Both the position numbers and the translations under genes were made by a program. Of a stretch of DNA of 64,000 nt, positions 28,833 through 37,469 are shown piece by piece (position 1 is the stretch's first letter; every line of letters begins with the position of its first letter). The notes beneath the pieces were generated by a model, which saw nothing but the letters and a program-made list of their open reading frames with translations, had not been told where the DNA came from and did no database searches. Origin of the DNA: Bradymonadia bacterium (GTDB taxonomy: Bacteria; Myxococcota_A; Bradymonadia; UBA7976; UBA1532); assembly GCA_046290225.1 (NCBI GenBank), contig JBKAGE010000036.1, positions 32,001 to 96,000 on the forward strand. Reading direction: 5' to 3'.

Positions 28833-31238
28833 TCACCGCACCTGCCGAATGTTGGACTTCTCCTGAACGAAGACCTTGAACCCTCCAAATGCAGGCAGGT
28901 ACTGCGCTGGAGGTAGAGGACGACGACCGCCGCTCACCTTGTGCAAGGTCACCCGTCGACGACCGGGCTCGTACTGAGCCCGGTATTTGACTTCGTCGAG
29001 CGTGATTTGCCGGGGAAAGCTGCGGTCGAGCTTATCTTGCACCCAGGGGTCGAGGGCCTCCGGGAGCACGTCCTCTACCGACATCAGCACCAAATCAGCC
29101 CCAGAGTCGAGGCCAATGGTGTCGATCTGGTGGCTGAGCCAGGCCTCCACCTCTCCACCCCACCGTGCGGTGTCGGGTGTATCTCCCCGTTCTACCCCGG
29201 CGTCGACGAGGGCGGCCCACAAGGCTGCGCTCTGTAGCCTCTCGGCACACAGTTCTGCTGCGCCCTTGAGCACACGGTTCTGCATGATCAAGCGGACCAC
29301 CGCCGCACGGGCGATGGCCCCCTCGGGGACCACTTCGCGACTGCGGAGCACCTTGCGTGCGTAGACCTGCTCCACCTGAGCCACCACCCGTACATCGTCA
29401 CCCCGGCCGCTGATGCTGGCGTCACCCAGTCGATCCCGCCCCAGGCCTGCTGCAGCCATCCAACTCAATGGCAACGGCATGGCGCAGGTGGCGATCACCT
29501 GTGCATCTCGGATACCGCCGATGGCCCGGGTCTCGAAGACAGCCACGGCATCGGGGCGGTGCTCGAGTCGATGGATGGCGCTCTCCCGGCCCACCTCGAT
29601 CTCGGTGCCGCCATTGCTCCACCCGATCTTGCGACCTCGATCTCGACCCACATGGGCGATGCGCGGATCTGCCGCCATGGCCAGGGCGGCGATGGCCCGT
29701 CGCTCGATGGGCGCCTCTGGCCCCGATCTGTGCGGACAATCGAAGACCTTCCGCAACCGATCGCTGAGGGTGCGCGCCTCTTGCCAGGCCTGGGGGTTGA
29801 TCCCGTGGGGGTTCACACCACGGCTGGGCCGTGGCGCACGCACCGCACGAATACAGGCAGTGACATCACACCCTGATGCTCGGAGATCGTCAGCGTCGTC
29901 CTCGAACTCACCTGAGCCCCTTCGTGGGAGAAAGAGCGATCGTGGCAGATCAAGGCAGCTGACCAGATCGATGACGTCCCCGAGGATCTCCGAGCCCTGG
30001 GCTTCGACGAGCAGTCGGGCGAGGGCCGGGTCGAGGGGCATCCCGAACATCTGACGGCCGCGCTCGGTGATCTCACCTTGGGTATCCAGGGCGCCGAGGG
30101 CGGTCAGATCCTCGATGGCGGAGTCGACCGCGTGGGGCTTGGGGCTGTCGAGGAATGTCAGACCGTCGAGCGGTGCGCCCGCGGAGGCTCGACATGCCGC
30201 AGCGGCGAGAACCAACGGCACCAGAGACTCGCGGTGCATCTCTGGTGGGGTCGAAGCATCGAGGCGATGCCCCTCGCCCCAGAGTCGAATGGCCACCCCG
30301 GGGGCAGTCCGCCCTGCTCGGCCTGCCCGCTGATCTGCGGAGTCCTGAGCCACCACGGCGAGGCTGAGTACACCACGGCCCCGCTGATAACGCGTACGGC
30401 GGACCAGGCCCGAGTCGATGACCACCCGAATGCCGGGCACCGTGATGGAGGTCTCTGCCACATTGGTGGACAGAATGACCTTGCGTCGATCTGCTGGCGC
30501 GAAAACCCGCGACTGTTCTGCGAGGGTCAGACTGCCGTGCAGAGGCATCACCTCAAGATCGGCTCGACCTCTGAGACTCCGGGCCACAGCGCCGATCTCC
30601 CCCTTCCCTGGCAGGAACACCAGTACGTCGCCGGGCACTCCATCGAGCTCTGAGAGCGCAGCCCCCACTCGACGCTCCAACGCCTGCGGATCAGGGCGAG
30701 CGCTGCGATCGGGCAAGTAGCGATGCTCCACGGGGAACAGACGACCACCGCTCTGCAACAACTGGCCCTCAACGTGGTGGGCCACCCGCTCTCCATCGAG
30801 GGTGGCGGACATGATCACTCGACGGGGCCCACGGCGGGTCAACGCGAGGATGAGGTCGATGTCGAGGCGGCGCTCGTGAAACTCGTCGATGACGAGGGTG
30901 TGCACATCGCTGAGAGGGCCACGGGCGAGACGCTGGAGCACGATGCCCGGCGTGGCGAAGAGCAATCGTGTCGACGGCCCAGCCTTGCGCTCGCCCCGGA
31001 CGGCATAGCCCACCCGCCCGCCGAGCTCACAGCCCTCGAGCTGAGCCACCCGCACTGCCAGAGAGCGGCAGGCCACTCGACGGGGCTGAATCACCAGGGT
31101 GTAGCCCGACTCGGCGCACCAGCGAGGGACCAGGGTGGACTTCCCCGAGCCTGTGGGTGAAGTCAACACCACAGGTCCGTCTACGATGGCCTCTTCGAAA
31201 GCCCCCCGGAGCCCCTCGACGGGCAACGCGCTCGTCAT
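28833..31238 (-). CDS. hrpB: DEAH-box ATP-dependent RNA helicase HrpB-like
   Basis: PTGSGKST, DEFHER, SAT, TNVAETSITVPGI and QRAGRAGR. Confidence 0.85.
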   Translation of the reverse strand: MTSALPVEGLRGAFEEAIVDGPVVLTSPTGSGKSTLVPRWCAESGYTLVIQPRRVACRSLAVRVAQLEGCELGGRVGYAVRGERKAGPSTRLLFATPGIVLQRLARGPLSDVHTLVIDEFHERRLDIDLILALTRRGPRRVIMSATLDGERVAHHVEGQLLQSGGRLFPVEHRYLPDRSARPDPQALERRVGAALSELDGVPGDVLVFLPGKGEIGAVARSLRGRADLEVMPLHGSLTLAEQSRVFAPADRRKVILSTNVAETSITVPGIRVVIDSGLVRRTRYQRGRGVLSLAVVAQDSADQRAGRAGRTAPGVAIRLWGEGHRLDASTPPEMHRESLVPLVLAAAACRASAGAPLDGLTFLDSPKPHAVDSAIEDLTALGALDTQGEITERGRQMFGMPLDPALARLLVEAQGSEILGDVIDLVSCLDLPRSLFLPRRGSGEFEDDADDLRASGCDVTACIRAVRAPRPSRGVNPHGINPQAWQEARTLSDRLRKVFDCPHRSGPEAPIERRAIAALAMAADPRIAHVGRDRGRKIGWSNGGTEIEVGRESAIHRLEHRPDAVAVFETRAIGGIRDAQVIATCAMPLPLSWMAAAGLGRDRLGDASISGRGDDVRVVAQVEQVYARKVLRSREVVPEGAIARAAVVRLIMQNRVLKGAAELCAERLQSAALWAALVDAGVERGDTPDTARWGGEVEAWLSHQIDTIGLDSGADLVLMSVEDVLPEALDPWVQDKLDRSFPRQITLDEVKYRAQYEPGRRRVTLHKVSGGRRPLPPAQYLPAFGGFKVFVQEKSNIRQVR

Positions 31239-31260
31239 CTTCCCTCACCTGCCCCCATGA

Positions 31261-32199
31261 TCACCGAGAGCGCCGCCAGAGGCGACGGCGTCGGCGACCA
31301 GGGGTGCGCATGAGGTGGATGGCCACGAAGATCGACAGCCAGGGCAGCCAGCGGGCGAGGCGCGTCACGAGGGGGCTCCGACGGCGACGGCCGGAGACCG
31401 AAGCCACAGCGTCGCCATCGCAGCTCTCGCAATCTGCGCCGCCACCGCTGTCGCTGGCGCTGGATTCGTCGAGATCGTCACCGGCGCAGCCCGAAGTCTC
31501 AGGCTCGCTCTCTTCGTACCCTTCGCTGAGATCGTCGCCGCCACAGCCAGAGTCTTCTTCGGCGAACTCTTCAGAGTCGTCATCGGCCCACCATGTGGTG
31601 CAGCCATCCCAGACGCTGGCGTCGGCGGAGGCCCCGGGCACGTCGCCGCTGGCGTCCCGCACCGCGGGACGCATGTTGATGCGATCGACCTCCAGGCGAC
31701 GCCAGGTGCGATCCTCCCCTTCCACCTCGAGGTCGTAGCTGAGGGCCAGGTAGTTGTCGAAGGCCACGTCACCGCTGAGCCGAACGAAACCGCTCACCAC
31801 CCGGCTGGCCTTGAAGTGCAGGCTGCCGTCAGAGGTGTACTCGGTGTAGGCCACCTTCACCTCGCTGTCGGGCAGGGTGATGCCTCGGCCCTGAGCTCGG
31901 TCGAGGGGCATCCGCATCGACAGGACCCCGTCAGGGCCAGGCAACGCGAGGGTCTGCACGATGTGCCCTCTGCCTCCCGGGCCATCGCTCGCTTCGAAGC
32001 GGCCCGTGGCATCTACGGGCACCTCTGCGCCATCAGCGACCCCATCTCCTTCACCAGAGGTCCATTGAAGTTGACCAACGCCGCCCCCCTGCCACCCCAG
32101 GAGCGCCACCGCGAGCACCATCAGAGCGCCCGGCCAGCCCAGCCGTCGGGCCAGCTGCGCCATGGGGCTTGTGCCCCTGATCATCTGCCTCCCCCTCAT
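31261..32199 (-). CDS. Secreted/membrane-anchored hypothetical protein with acidic Cys-containing linker
   Basis: N-terminal signal, acidic 'SGCGGDD/SGCAGDD' repeats, C-terminal TM helix and Arg tail. Confidence 0.6.
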   Translation of the reverse strand: MRGRQMIRGTSPMAQLARRLGWPGALMVLAVALLGWQGGGVGQLQWTSGEGDGVADGAEVPVDATGRFEASDGPGGRGHIVQTLALPGPDGVLSMRMPLDRAQGRGITLPDSEVKVAYTEYTSDGSLHFKASRVVSGFVRLSGDVAFDNYLALSYDLEVEGEDRTWRRLEVDRINMRPAVRDASGDVPGASADASVWDGCTTWWADDDSEEFAEEDSGCGGDDLSEGYEESEPETSGCAGDDLDESSASDSGGGADCESCDGDAVASVSGRRRRSPLVTRLARWLPWLSIFVAIHLMRTPGRRRRRLWRRSR

Positions 32200-32211
32200 G
32201 TGTGCTGCCTC

Positions 32212-32892
32212 CTAGAAGTGAAATGTCGTGGTGAGCCCAGCTGACCAGCGGCCCTGAGAGTTCTGGGAGCCCGGGATGCTCGCAGCCTGAGCAGCGAGAT
32301 CTGGCTCTTCCGGTGAGGGCATCCAGACCATGCCCACTCGGCCACCCAGAGAGAAGTGGTTGGTCATGCGGTATTGCAAGCCTGCTTCGGTGAAGAGCCC
32401 GAATCGGTCAGTGCTGAATTGAGCGGGAAAGTCTTCCTGGCCCTTGAAGGTCACCTGGGAAGTCTCGAAGACCTGCCCCATGGCCACCTCGGTCATCAGC
32501 CTCAGGCGCGGCGTGAAGGGAAAATATCCACGCACGCCCAGGGCCAGATCAGCCTGGCTGCGATCCACCACAGGGCGGCCCATCCGGTTGGGGCCGTATT
32601 GTGTCATGTCGGCCCAGGAGAGCCGCGTGACCAGGTACCAGGCGGGTCGCGTACCGGGGAGGCGCCCGCCGACCCCCAGGGTGGCCCCCCATAAACTGCC
32701 GCTCTCGGCCTCGGCATCGAGGCCAGTGGGAGTGCTCACCCCGCCGGTGAGCTCGGCGATGAAGTGGTTCCCGGCGGCGGCCTGCCCCGAGACGCCGACC
32801 AGCGTCGGGGCCACGAGCATCGCCAGACCGAGGGCGAGCAATTTGAGGGCCGAACGGGGCCCGGGAGTGACGGTGTGGTGCAGCAAACTCAT
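32212..32892 (-). CDS. Small outer membrane beta-barrel protein
   Basis: Start MSLLHH follows GAGGAG; signal peptide, amphipathic strands and C-terminal 'AGLTTTFHF'. Confidence 0.7.
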   Translation of the reverse strand: MSLLHHTVTPGPRSALKLLALGLAMLVAPTLVGVSGQAAAGNHFIAELTGGVSTPTGLDAEAESGSLWGATLGVGGRLPGTRPAWYLVTRLSWADMTQYGPNRMGRPVVDRSQADLALGVRGYFPFTPRLRLMTEVAMGQVFETSQVTFKGQEDFPAQFSTDRFGLFTEAGLQYRMTNHFSLGGRVGMVWMPSPEEPDLAAQAASIPGSQNSQGRWSAGLTTTFHF

Positions 32893-33061
32893 CGCGCTCC
32901 TCCTCGAGGGTGGCAGAGGGGTCGTTGTGGTGAACGGCCCCAGGTGGCAGACAGCGGTTGACGCTGCACCCTCTCCGCAAGATACGTACCACCACCGCCG
33001 CTTCGGGGCGAGCGTTCTCCCCGCTGTGGTCATCTCTCGACAGACGTGAAAGGGGTTCACG

Positions 33062-33730
33062 GTGAGCATCGCCTTCTTCGACCTCGACAAGACCCTCCTC
33101 GACGTCAACAGCGGCAGCCTCTGGGTCAAGGCCGAGCTCCGAGGGGGTCACATCACCCGCGTTCAGGCACTCAAGGCCTCATGGTGGCTGACGAAATACC
33201 ATCTGGGTTTCGCCGACATCGAAGACGCCTTCAGAGAAGCCATCCGCAGCCTCGAAGGTGTCAGCGTCGACGCGCTCGCCGATCGAGCCACCGACTTCTA
33301 CCACCGCGAGGTGGCCCATCGTTACCGCCCTGGCGCCCGAGAGGCCGTGGAGGCCCACCGCGCCGCGGGCGACACCCTGGTCCTGCTCACCAGCTCTTCG
33401 CCCTACCTCTCGCGTCACGTCGTGGAGGATCTCGCCCTCGACCACGCCTTGTGCAACCAGTTCGAGATCGAGTCGGGGGTACACACCGGCGCACCCATCG
33501 AGCCGCTCTGCTATGGCCCAGGCAAGGTGGACCACGCCCTCACCTATGCAGAGGCTCGGGGCGTTGCCCTCGAGCAGTGCACCTTCTACTCCGACTCCGC
33601 CTCTGACGCCCCCATGCTCGAAGCCGTCGGCCGCCCCATGGTGGTGCATCCGGATCCGAAGCTGAAGCGGATGGCACGCCGCAAACAGTGGCCCATCATC
33701 TCGTGGGGGACGACGTCAGCAGCGACTTGA
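33062..33730 (+). CDS. HAD-IB family hydrolase (SerB-like)
   Basis: FFDLDKTL, LLTSS, GK and FYSDSASDAPML. Confidence 0.9.
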   Translation: MSIAFFDLDKTLLDVNSGSLWVKAELRGGHITRVQALKASWWLTKYHLGFADIEDAFREAIRSLEGVSVDALADRATDFYHREVAHRYRPGAREAVEAHRAAGDTLVLLTSSSPYLSRHVVEDLALDHALCNQFEIESGVHTGAPIEPLCYGPGKVDHALTYAEARGVALEQCTFYSDSASDAPMLEAVGRPMVVHPDPKLKRMARRKQWPIISWGTTSAAT

Positions 33731-34736
33731 GACGCGGATCCTCCCGTGTGCGCCAGATCTTGCCGTCGATGTAGTAGTGCCAGAGCACGATCATGGCAAA
33801 AGGCGTAAACACAAGCGACCACGAGCGATTCATCAGCGCCGTCACCTCGATCACCCCCACCACGATGCCATACACGAGGGCGAGCGAGCCCCAGCGCACC
33901 GCCATGGCCTGCCGCGGGAACCGCCGCCGTTGCCAGTGCATCACGAAACCCTGGTACTGCACGTTGTGATAGGCCGTCTCCAACGCCTCGGCCACGAGAA
34001 AAGGGGTGGCCGTGAGCCAGAACACGACACCGTGGGTCCCGATGGCCGCGCCCATCAGTGCCAGCTTGGGCCAGTTCACCCCCACCCCACGCCAGAGCCT
34101 CCAGATCTGCCGAGCGACGAACAAGCAGGTGGCCACCCCGAAGAGCAACATCAAGCCATCAGCCACAGATGAAGGCACTGAAGGAAACTGCACCTTCAAA
34201 GTGCCATAGACCGTACTCGGGGCCTCCTCGTCGACATAGTCGTGCACCGTGAGGGCCAACATACCCAGATAGAAGAATGCCCCATCGAGATGATCGTCCA
34301 CCGGGCGGAAGTCGGCGTTGAGCCCCTTGTAGATTTTGATGAAGCCCCAGTGCTGCCGGATGATGTGCCACGTGCCATAAAAGGCCGCGAAGATGATCAG
34401 CTCCCCCTCCAGCCCCATGGCGCCGAGCACGAACCCCGCGACGATGAACCCACCAAGCCCCCAGGTATGCGCCAGGCGATGGCGGGCGAAGCTCTCCTTG
34501 TCGAGATGCGTACGGCTGAACGTCTGGAAGATGTGCGGGTGGTCGAAGATCGCCGTGTAGACGAAGTAGGTGAGGATGATCGCGTCACCCCGGGGGCCCA
34601 CCTCGTAGGCATCGGCGAGGTGGTAGAGCCCGAGGAACAGCAAGGTGACGAGGGCGCCCCCGATGAAGAACAGCCCGTCATAGCGCGGGCTGACCAGCCA
34701 TCTGGTCTGTCGAGGGGGCGCCGGAGGTGCGTTCAC
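33696..34736 (-). CDS. Integral membrane protein with conserved His motifs
   Basis: About 9 TM segments; DHPH, WHIIRQHWG, HNVQY and HYYIDGKIWR. Confidence 0.75.
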   Translation of the reverse strand: MNAPPAPPRQTRWLVSPRYDGLFFIGGALVTLLFLGLYHLADAYEVGPRGDAIILTYFVYTAIFDHPHIFQTFSRTHLDKESFARHRLAHTWGLGGFIVAGFVLGAMGLEGELIIFAAFYGTWHIIRQHWGFIKIYKGLNADFRPVDDHLDGAFFYLGMLALTVHDYVDEEAPSTVYGTLKVQFPSVPSSVADGLMLLFGVATCLFVARQIWRLWRGVGVNWPKLALMGAAIGTHGVVFWLTATPFLVAEALETAYHNVQYQGFVMHWQRRRFPRQAMAVRWGSLALVYGIVVGVIEVTALMNRSWSLVFTPFAMIVLWHYYIDGKIWRTREDPRLKSLLTSSPTR

Positions 34737-35809
34737 TCAGCGCGTCCAGGGGTGGGCTCTGTCTCGACGGATGGCTTCAAAAGGCGAATGGCGATGCGCC
34801 CGGAGACCTTCCCACTGCACACCACCTCCAGGTGAACGCGCCCCGCCTCGGGGAACTGCGAGGGATAGAAGATCTTCTCGATGGGCCACCGGAACATGTA
34901 CCAGCCTTCCTTCGCAGTCACCTTCAGAGCCGGCTTGATCTGTACCGTGGCGCCGCCAGCATTGGCGAACTGAAAATGACAGGTGCGCCCTTTGCCGTCG
35001 GCGTTGCTCAGCATCACCTCGAATCGCTGAGCCTGACCCAGAGTCGCTTGAGCAGGCTGGATCGACGCCAGGCCCATGGCACCCTTGGGGCCCTTGACTG
35101 CGATCTTGGGGCTGGCTGACTTGTGGCTGGGTCCCTGGGAATTCGGTGACTGGGAGTTGGCTGACTGGGAGTTGGCTGACTGGGACGCCTGCGTCTCCGG
35201 CTTCTCGAGCTGGCTCACCTTCAGATAACGCGTCGAGGTTTTATCCAGCTTTGGCGTCTTCTTCTGAGTCTTCTTCTGGGCCTTCTTTTGCGGCTTCTTC
35301 GGTGCTGTGCGCTTGGGCGTCCTGGCAGAGGCTGCGAGCGCAGCACTTTGGGTGCTCTTCCTCTGCCTGGCCCGTGCTGGAGCCCGTCGCCCCTCTGATG
35401 CGCGCTTTGCTTGAGCAGGTGCCACCTGCTCTGCCTCGATGATCTCCACCGCGACGTCCTCTGGCTGCGTCTTCTCAGGTGCCTGGACGGCCTCCTCCCC
35501 CTTGAGCGCCTGAGCCTGAGTGAGGCGGCTCGCGCCCATCGCCAACGCGCCAGACAACTCCGGGCCCGGCGCGATCCCGGCATCGAAGCCCGGCGGTAGA
35601 TCCTCAGGACGTACTCGGGGCGGATCACCCTTGTCACCCGCCCCTGCGTCCAACGGCACCCTTGCATCGACCACCACCACACGTGGCGTCACGTCGGCGT
35701 CGCGCGTCGACTGTGCCTCTGGGGACGAACGATGGTGATGACCTGGATGATCGTGCTCACACCCGAGGGCAGTGCCGAACAACATCAACGCGAGCATCGC
35801 CGTGCGCAT
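34733..35809 (-). CDS. Putative lipoprotein with low-complexity linker
   Basis: GGAGG RBS; MRTAMLALMLFGTALGC lipobox; His-rich segment, KKTQ repeats and NSQSA repeats. Confidence 0.65.
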   Translation of the reverse strand: MRTAMLALMLFGTALGCEHDHPGHHHRSSPEAQSTRDADVTPRVVVVDARVPLDAGAGDKGDPPRVRPEDLPPGFDAGIAPGPELSGALAMGASRLTQAQALKGEEAVQAPEKTQPEDVAVEIIEAEQVAPAQAKRASEGRRAPARARQRKSTQSAALAASARTPKRTAPKKPQKKAQKKTQKKTPKLDKTSTRYLKVSQLEKPETQASQSANSQSANSQSPNSQGPSHKSASPKIAVKGPKGAMGLASIQPAQATLGQAQRFEVMLSNADGKGRTCHFQFANAGGATVQIKPALKVTAKEGWYMFRWPIEKIFYPSQFPEAGRVHLEVVCSGKVSGRIAIRLLKPSVETEPTPGRAE

Positions 35810-35865
35810 AACACACCTCCATACACCGCATGATTTTTCCCGACACTTGCCTTCATGACAAGAAT

Positions 35866-37089
35866 TCAGCGTGTACGGCGCCTCAAGCCCACAACCAGGA
35901 GCAAGCAGATCCACCCGATAGGCGCCTTGCCCGTATGGGCCTGGCACCCGCCGCGTTGCGTCACCCGGCGAGCGTTGAGAGAGGCCAGACGAGAGAGTTC
36001 ATCGCCAGCACGACACGACGCCGCCGCAGTGATCTCGGTGCAGAGCAGGCCCATGGCGGAGCAATCCTGCTCCTGAACCTGAGTCCCGTCACACAGCACC
36101 AGAACCTCGCCCCGGCACATGCCCCCCCAAGGGATGTCGTCACAGGGTGAAGGTGGCCGACAGTAGAACCCCAGCTCAGGGTTCACATAGCCACACACCG
36201 CACCGTCGTCCTGAGTACAATCTCGCTGGTTCACCTCGCCGTCTTCGCACCAGACCGCCGTGCGACCTTCGCAGGCACCAAAATAATCCAAACCATCACA
36301 GGCACCTGGAGGAGCTCCGGCGGCGCTGGCGTCGATCCAGTCCACGATGGCGTCGACGCGGGTGAGCTTGTCTTTGTCGACACAGGAGCTGTTGCCACGG
36401 TGCAGGACCGCCATGATCATCGGACCCTGCTCACCTTGAGCGAGGAGTGGTCCACCCGAATCACCATGGCAAAGGCCCTGAACCCCTTCCCCGTCGGTGA
36501 ACAGGTAATCGGCCTGGATGGCCGTGAGCACCACCGTGACGAAGTAGCGGCCTGTACGATCGGCGGCGCGGGTATCGCCAAAGCCTGCACCCTCCATCGG
36601 CTGGCCGAGGCGATCCCCCCCCACTGAAGTGCGGTTCACGGGGATCGGCTGCAGATTGGCGATCTCGGTCATCGGATCAGTGGTGAGGACGAGTACGGCA
36701 GCGTCGACCCCTGGATGCTCGTGAATGCTCTCCACCTCGAAGGTCCCGAGGGGTTGCTGGGGCTGAAGCCCGACGCCAAAGCCCACATTCTCCGGTGTCC
36801 GCCCACGCGTGCAATGACGCGCCGTGAGCACAGTACGTGGTGCGATCACCGTGCCCGTACACAGCGCCTGGCCAACGATGCCGTCGTAGTAGAGCCATCC
36901 GATGGCCAGCGCCTGTCCGGGGGTCACCGAAACGAGCGTGGGCTCTCGTGTGCCGTTGATCACAGCCTGCTCTTGTTGGGCGACCTGCGGTTGAGCAGAG
37001 ACCTGAGGTGTATCGAAGAAACAGTGTACGCCGACACACGTGAGGATGTGACACCACAAGAGAACGGTTGGGCGCGGAAACTTCGACAC
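35866..37089 (-). CDS. Trypsin-like S1 serine protease with Cys-rich domain and MYXO-CTERM-like tail
   Basis: VING, CTGT, LTARHC, D and GDSGGP; C-terminal GGC...WICLLLVVGLRRR. Confidence 0.9.
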   Translation of the reverse strand: MSKFPRPTVLLWCHILTCVGVHCFFDTPQVSAQPQVAQQEQAVINGTREPTLVSVTPGQALAIGWLYYDGIVGQALCTGTVIAPRTVLTARHCTRGRTPENVGFGVGLQPQQPLGTFEVESIHEHPGVDAAVLVLTTDPMTEIANLQPIPVNRTSVGGDRLGQPMEGAGFGDTRAADRTGRYFVTVVLTAIQADYLFTDGEGVQGLCHGDSGGPLLAQGEQGPMIMAVLHRGNSSCVDKDKLTRVDAIVDWIDASAAGAPPGACDGLDYFGACEGRTAVWCEDGEVNQRDCTQDDGAVCGYVNPELGFYCRPPSPCDDIPWGGMCRGEVLVLCDGTQVQEQDCSAMGLLCTEITAAASCRAGDELSRLASLNARRVTQRGGCQAHTGKAPIGWICLLLVVGLRRRTR

Positions 37090-37208
37090 GTGGCTCCTCG
37101 ATGGCTCTCGTCAGCGCTGGGTGTATCTCACGCTCACGCTGGTGTCTCACAGCAAGAAGCGCACCAGAACAGCCTTACGCACAGCGCGCCACAACCATTT
37201 GAAATCAT

Positions 37209-37225
37209 TTGGCAGTCAAGCTGCT
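37209..37225 (+). promoter_or_regulatory. Candidate sigma-54 -24/-12 promoter for the giant RCC1 gene
   Basis: TTGGCAGTCAAGCTGCT: GG at 37211-12 and GC at 37223-24 (GG-N10-GC). Confidence 0.4.
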
Positions 37226-37469
37226 CAACCTGAGCGTTGATGTCTCTGCTTGAGCTGCCGGCGACACACCTGATGTCTCAATGCCATTTTGCGCGCACAT
37301 AAAGGAACAACAATATGTACGATTCTCCTCCCTCATGTCTTCCATCTACCCACAGCCCCCCTTACACTCTTACCGCTGAGGTGACTTCATGTGTCTGGTC
37401 AGAGAGCCTCTGACAATACATGCGTAGAGCAAATGATTGTGTTGCATATCGGGTCGAGGAATTTTTTAC

